Part shown: piece after piece, positions 61,359 through 64,000 of the stretch
Numbering within the stretch: the stretch's first letter is position 1
Layout: each line of letters opens with the position of its first letter
Assembly (NCBI GenBank): GCA_964354585.1
Contig: CAYHAI010000052.1
Span: forward strand, 6,283-70,282
DNA: 64,000 nucleotides
DNA from: an uncultured Planctomycetales bacterium
GTDB taxonomy: Bacteria > Omnitrophota > Gorgyraeia > Gygaellales > Profunditerraquicolaceae
Direction of reading: 5' to 3'
Position numbers and translations under genes: made by a program
The notes under the pieces: model-generated
Database searches by the model: none
The model's input: the letters and a program-made list of their open reading frames with translations, nothing else
Told to the model about the DNA's origin: nothing

Positions 61359-62255
61359 TTATTTATTTAAAGGGACTTTTTCTTTATTCAGGCCGCGGTA
61401 TATCTCTACATATGCGCCTGCCTCTGGCTCAGCCTGCTTTACGGATTGCGACGGCGCAGTTTGCGGCATCACGTATTGAAACAGGGTATCCCAACTGGCC
61501 GGCGCTATAGGCTCTACTTTGGCATCGGTGGGCGAACGCAAAATCAATCTGAGCTTTCCCTGCTCTTGCACAAAGGCCATGAGATTTGCCTCTTGGGGAG
61601 TAAGCGCCAAAGTAATTAGCCCCCCCGCTGCTGTCTCTTTCTTAGTTTCACTTTTATATCTTGGCTGTGCGGCCATAGCCGGAGAACCTATGTCCTGGCC
61701 TACAGCCAAAATTAATACATTTTGGAACAGCGGCATTACTGCGGTTTGAGTCGCTGGTTTGCCTTCAGGGGTCTGCACCGTAATAGGCACCATGGCAATA
61801 ACATCTACATAGTCTCCGGGCCTAATCATTCCGCCCAAAGAAGCAATTTCATCTGCAGGAATAGAAATTGCCCTTTTGCCTACCGGTGTCACCGAGGCTA
61901 AATCGCCTACGCTGCGCGCTAAAGACAATTTACTTAAGGTAATCTGCTCATCCTTTGATATAGGAACGACCGCTGTCATTCCGGCAATTCTATCTAAAGA
62001 ACTTACCGCCCCCGGCTGTAAAAATTGATTGGGTACGACTTTTACGCCTAAGTCGTCAGGGCTTATAATTGCCCCCTGCGGGATATCTGTCTTGGCAAAT
62101 AATGCCGGGGTCTGGCTTGCCTGGTTCTTTTCGTATTTTCTCTGGGCAGACTCCTCGGCAACCATGCGCTGTTGATCAAGATAAACTTTAACCATAAATA
62201 CCGCGATTAAAGCCAAAACCACACCGATGATTAAAATAAGGCGTTGTTTTTGCAT
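61359..62255 (-). CDS. cpaB: Flp pilus assembly protein CpaB/RcpC
   Basis: SAF-like AKTDIPQGAII, GKRAISI, GGMIRPGDYVDVI, LFQNVLILAVG, ITLALTPQEA, GKLRLILR. Confidence 0.92.
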   Translation of the reverse strand: MQKQRLILIIGVVLALIAVFMVKVYLDQQRMVAEESAQRKYEKNQASQTPALFAKTDIPQGAIISPDDLGVKVVPNQFLQPGAVSSLDRIAGMTAVVPISKDEQITLSKLSLARSVGDLASVTPVGKRAISIPADEIASLGGMIRPGDYVDVIAMVPITVQTPEGKPATQTAVMPLFQNVLILAVGQDIGSPAMAAQPRYKSETKKETAAGGLITLALTPQEANLMAFVQEQGKLRLILRSPTDAKVEPIAPASWDTLFQYVMPQTAPSQSVKQAEPEAGAYVEIYRGLNKEKVPLNK

Positions 62256-63170
62256 CTATTTTATTTCTCCTTCCCGAATTTCTATTTTTGAATCCCGCGA
62301 AAGCTTGCCGATTAAGTCATCTATGCTTTTTTGCTGTTTAAGAAAAGTAAGCCCTTTCTTGATATCGTCCCACATTTCAGAAAGCGACCTTTGCTTGCCG
62401 CCGCGCTTGGCTTCTAATTTTAAAATGTAGTAACCGTCGGGCCCTCTAAAAATATTGCTGATTTTACCTACGTCTAAACTATCGGCAAAAGCCACCTCAT
62501 CAAATTGAGGCGCCTTATTTCCTCTTTTGATAAATCCTAAATCTCCGCCATTTGCGCTGCTGGCGGACTTAGACCTTTCTTTGGCCAAAGTAGCAAAATC
62601 TGCGCCTTGCAATAACTGAATCATTACATCCTTGGCCTCTTGCTCTGTGGAAACCATGATCTCCCTAACCTGTCTTTCTTCCGGCTCCTTGAGTTGTTCC
62701 TTATAGGTATTATAATAATCCTCTATTTCCCGCGAGCTGACATCAACTTTTTCGGTTTCCTGCTTTAACAATTCTATCATTAAAATTTCTCTTTTGTTCT
62801 TCTCTAGCGCCTTTAATGCCTCCTCATTCCTATCCAATCCCCTATCTAACGCCTCCTGATAAAGGAGTGTGCGGCGTAGGAGTTCATTTTTTAAATAATC
62901 AATCTTTTGTTCGCGCGTAGTAATCCTGGCCTCGGGTTTATTGTTCGTGGTCATTAAAGCATTGTAGGCGTCTATCTCGGCGTTTAAATCCTCCAAGGTA
63001 ATCGGTATGTTATTCACCTTGGCAATAAGCGTGCCCTTGACTTCTGTTTCGCTAGCGGGCTTGTCTTTTTTTATAGTCTTATTAGACAATAATAAATTGA
63101 TCTTATCGCAACCCAAGAAAAAAGATATCATAAAAAGAAAGATGCAGAGTATAATAAAACGCCGTTTCAT
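62256..63170 (-). CDS. PpiC/PrsA-type peptidyl-prolyl isomerase lipoprotein
   Basis: Lipobox FLGC; IAKVNNIPIT; GADFATLAKERS, ANGGDLGF, GPDGYYILK. Confidence 0.9.
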   Translation of the reverse strand: MKRRFIILCIFLFMISFFLGCDKINLLLSNKTIKKDKPASETEVKGTLIAKVNNIPITLEDLNAEIDAYNALMTTNNKPEARITTREQKIDYLKNELLRRTLLYQEALDRGLDRNEEALKALEKNKREILMIELLKQETEKVDVSSREIEDYYNTYKEQLKEPEERQVREIMVSTEQEAKDVMIQLLQGADFATLAKERSKSASSANGGDLGFIKRGNKAPQFDEVAFADSLDVGKISNIFRGPDGYYILKLEAKRGGKQRSLSEMWDDIKKGLTFLKQQKSIDDLIGKLSRDSKIEIREGEIK

Positions 63171-63183
63171 TTTCTCTCCTTTT

Positions 63184-63426
63184 TTATTCTTTCTTGATTT
63201 CGTTGATTATCTTAATCAATAAATCGGCGATTTTAGCAATAAGATAAAAGAAAAAGAAGAAGAAGGCGTAGATTGCTAAAATAATTACGCCCATCCAACG
63301 GGGATTGCCCGGGACCATGCCTAAAATTATGGAAATTCCGCCGATCACGCCCAGAAACAAAAAAATCCAGGCAGCAACTTTTACTACTACACTGGAAGTC
63401 TTTAAAAACCCTAAATGTTCACGCAT
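63184..63426 (-). CDS. Small two-TM membrane protein
   Basis: Two hydrophobic helices; GGGAGGG RBS before ATG 63426. Confidence 0.7.
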   Translation of the reverse strand: MREHLGFLKTSSVVVKVAAWIFLFLGVIGGISIILGMVPGNPRWMGVIILAIYAFFFFFFYLIAKIADLLIKIINEIKKE

Positions 63427-63490
63427 CAGCCCTCCCTCGTTTTCTTTATTTTTAGCATAAAGTTTGCTAAAACGCAAGAGAAATTTTTAT

Positions 63491-63568
63491 TGGTAGCCCC
63501 AACGAGATTTGAACTCGTGTTCTCAGCTTGAGAAGCTGGTGTCCTAGACCAGGCTAGACGATGGGGCC
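63491..63568 (-). tRNA. tRNA-Glu (anticodon CTC)
   Basis: GGCCCCATCGTCTAGCCTGGTCTAGGACACCAGCTTCTCAAGCTGAGAACACGAGTTCAAATCTCGTTGGGGCTACCA: cloverleaf, T-loop GTTCAAATC, encoded CCA. Confidence 0.95.
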
Positions 63569-63813
63569 AAAACATTCCTTAATAACTTCTTAAAGGCCGC
63601 GCCGCTTTTATATTTCTTAATTTGCCTTTCTCTGTGTATTGCTTGTAGTTGTGTTGTATATGCCTCGGTATACAATATTTTAAACGGACCTTTACCTTTT
63701 ACTGATCTTGTTTTTCCTCTATTATGCTCTTGCAACCTTCTTTCTAAGTTTTTTGTATATCCTATATAATACTTCCTATCTTTTAAACTCTGGAGTATAT
63801 AGACATAATACAT
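63544..63813 (-). CDS. Stand-alone GIY-YIG nuclease (89 aa)
   Basis: YYVYIL...YYIGYT-NLERRLQEHN-G...AIHRERQIK; last codons and stop lie inside the tRNA gene. Confidence 0.9.
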   Translation of the reverse strand: MYYVYILQSLKDRKYYIGYTKNLERRLQEHNRGKTRSVKGKGPFKILYTEAYTTQLQAIHRERQIKKYKSGAAFKKLLRNVLAPSSSLV

Positions 63814-63914
63814 TGGTGTCCTAGCCCAGGCTATCCCGCATACAGTTCTTTAATTGCACGATGCGGGATCCCGCCCCGAATAATTAAATTGCTGTGGCGG
63901 GAGACGATGGGGCC
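63814..63914 (-). pseudogene. Duplicated 5' part of tRNA-Glu interrupted by a 69-bp palindromic element
   Basis: GGCCCCATCGTCT (63902-63914) + insert (63833-63901) + AGCCTGGGCTAGGACACCA (63814-63832), then the GIY-YIG ATG. Confidence 0.85.
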
Positions 63915-63931
63915 AAAATTCTATTTTGCTT

Positions 63932-63960
63932 ATTCTAATATAAAGATACCATAAGGTCAA
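63932..63960 (-). promoter_or_regulatory. Sigma70-type promoter for the tRNA locus
   Basis: TTGACC (63955-63960), 17 nt, TAGAAT (63932-63937). Confidence 0.65.
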
Positions 63961-64000
63961 TAAATTTATTGACCCCGTTAGATAATGTGCTATTATTTAA

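Noticed and set aside
56906-63222. Opposite-strand ORFs over the RAYT, ATPase, secretin, cpaB and PPIase genes
   Set aside because: Shadows of genes with clear family motifs
63491-63914. Prophage/ICE attachment site at tRNA-Glu
   Set aside because: The duplicated part is the tRNA 5' end only about 270 bp away, with no integrase or phage genes in the window

Overview
About 70% of the window is the 5' part of one giant minus-strand gene. It starts at ATG 44764 and stays open to the window edge (at least 14,921 codons), and the ORF track omits it because its stop lies outside the window. My hand translation, N to C, gives: signal/TM segment, C39 cysteine peptidase, Gly-rich hydrophobic helices, a long unknown region, Gln-rich helical repeats, degenerate SecA-like ATPase, winged HTH, and a multi-TM region. 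Interleaved in the multi-TM region are HEAT-like repeats, a PTS Enzyme I-like domain, a TIKI/ChaN-like domain, a LysM/lysozyme-like module and TPRs. These are followed by an M28 peptidase, a clan GH-A hydrolase, a six-hairpin glycosidase-like domain, coiled coils/repeats and a probable beta-barrel. The protein also has internal Tat, prepilin and Sec-like signal motifs, RGPP-type motifs, a repeat-bounded domain cassette, in-frame REP-like insertions and a nested out-of-frame small gene, which together suggest a processed, modular polyprotein. Upstream is a Tad/Flp pilus locus: PPIase, CpaB, secretin-TonB_C fusion, CpaE-CpaF fusion, about 15 class III signal-peptide proteins, TadB and TadC. It is split by a transposase-derived gene and a REP-associated tyrosine transposase. 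c-di-GMP-I-like riboswitches precede both the giant gene and the pilin operon. At the right end a small GIY-YIG gene sits between tRNA-Glu and an interrupted duplicate of the tRNA 5' end. The layout resembles giant-gene/Tad loci of Candidatus Omnitrophota (inference). Domain calls come from motif recognition by eye, and their boundaries are approximate.
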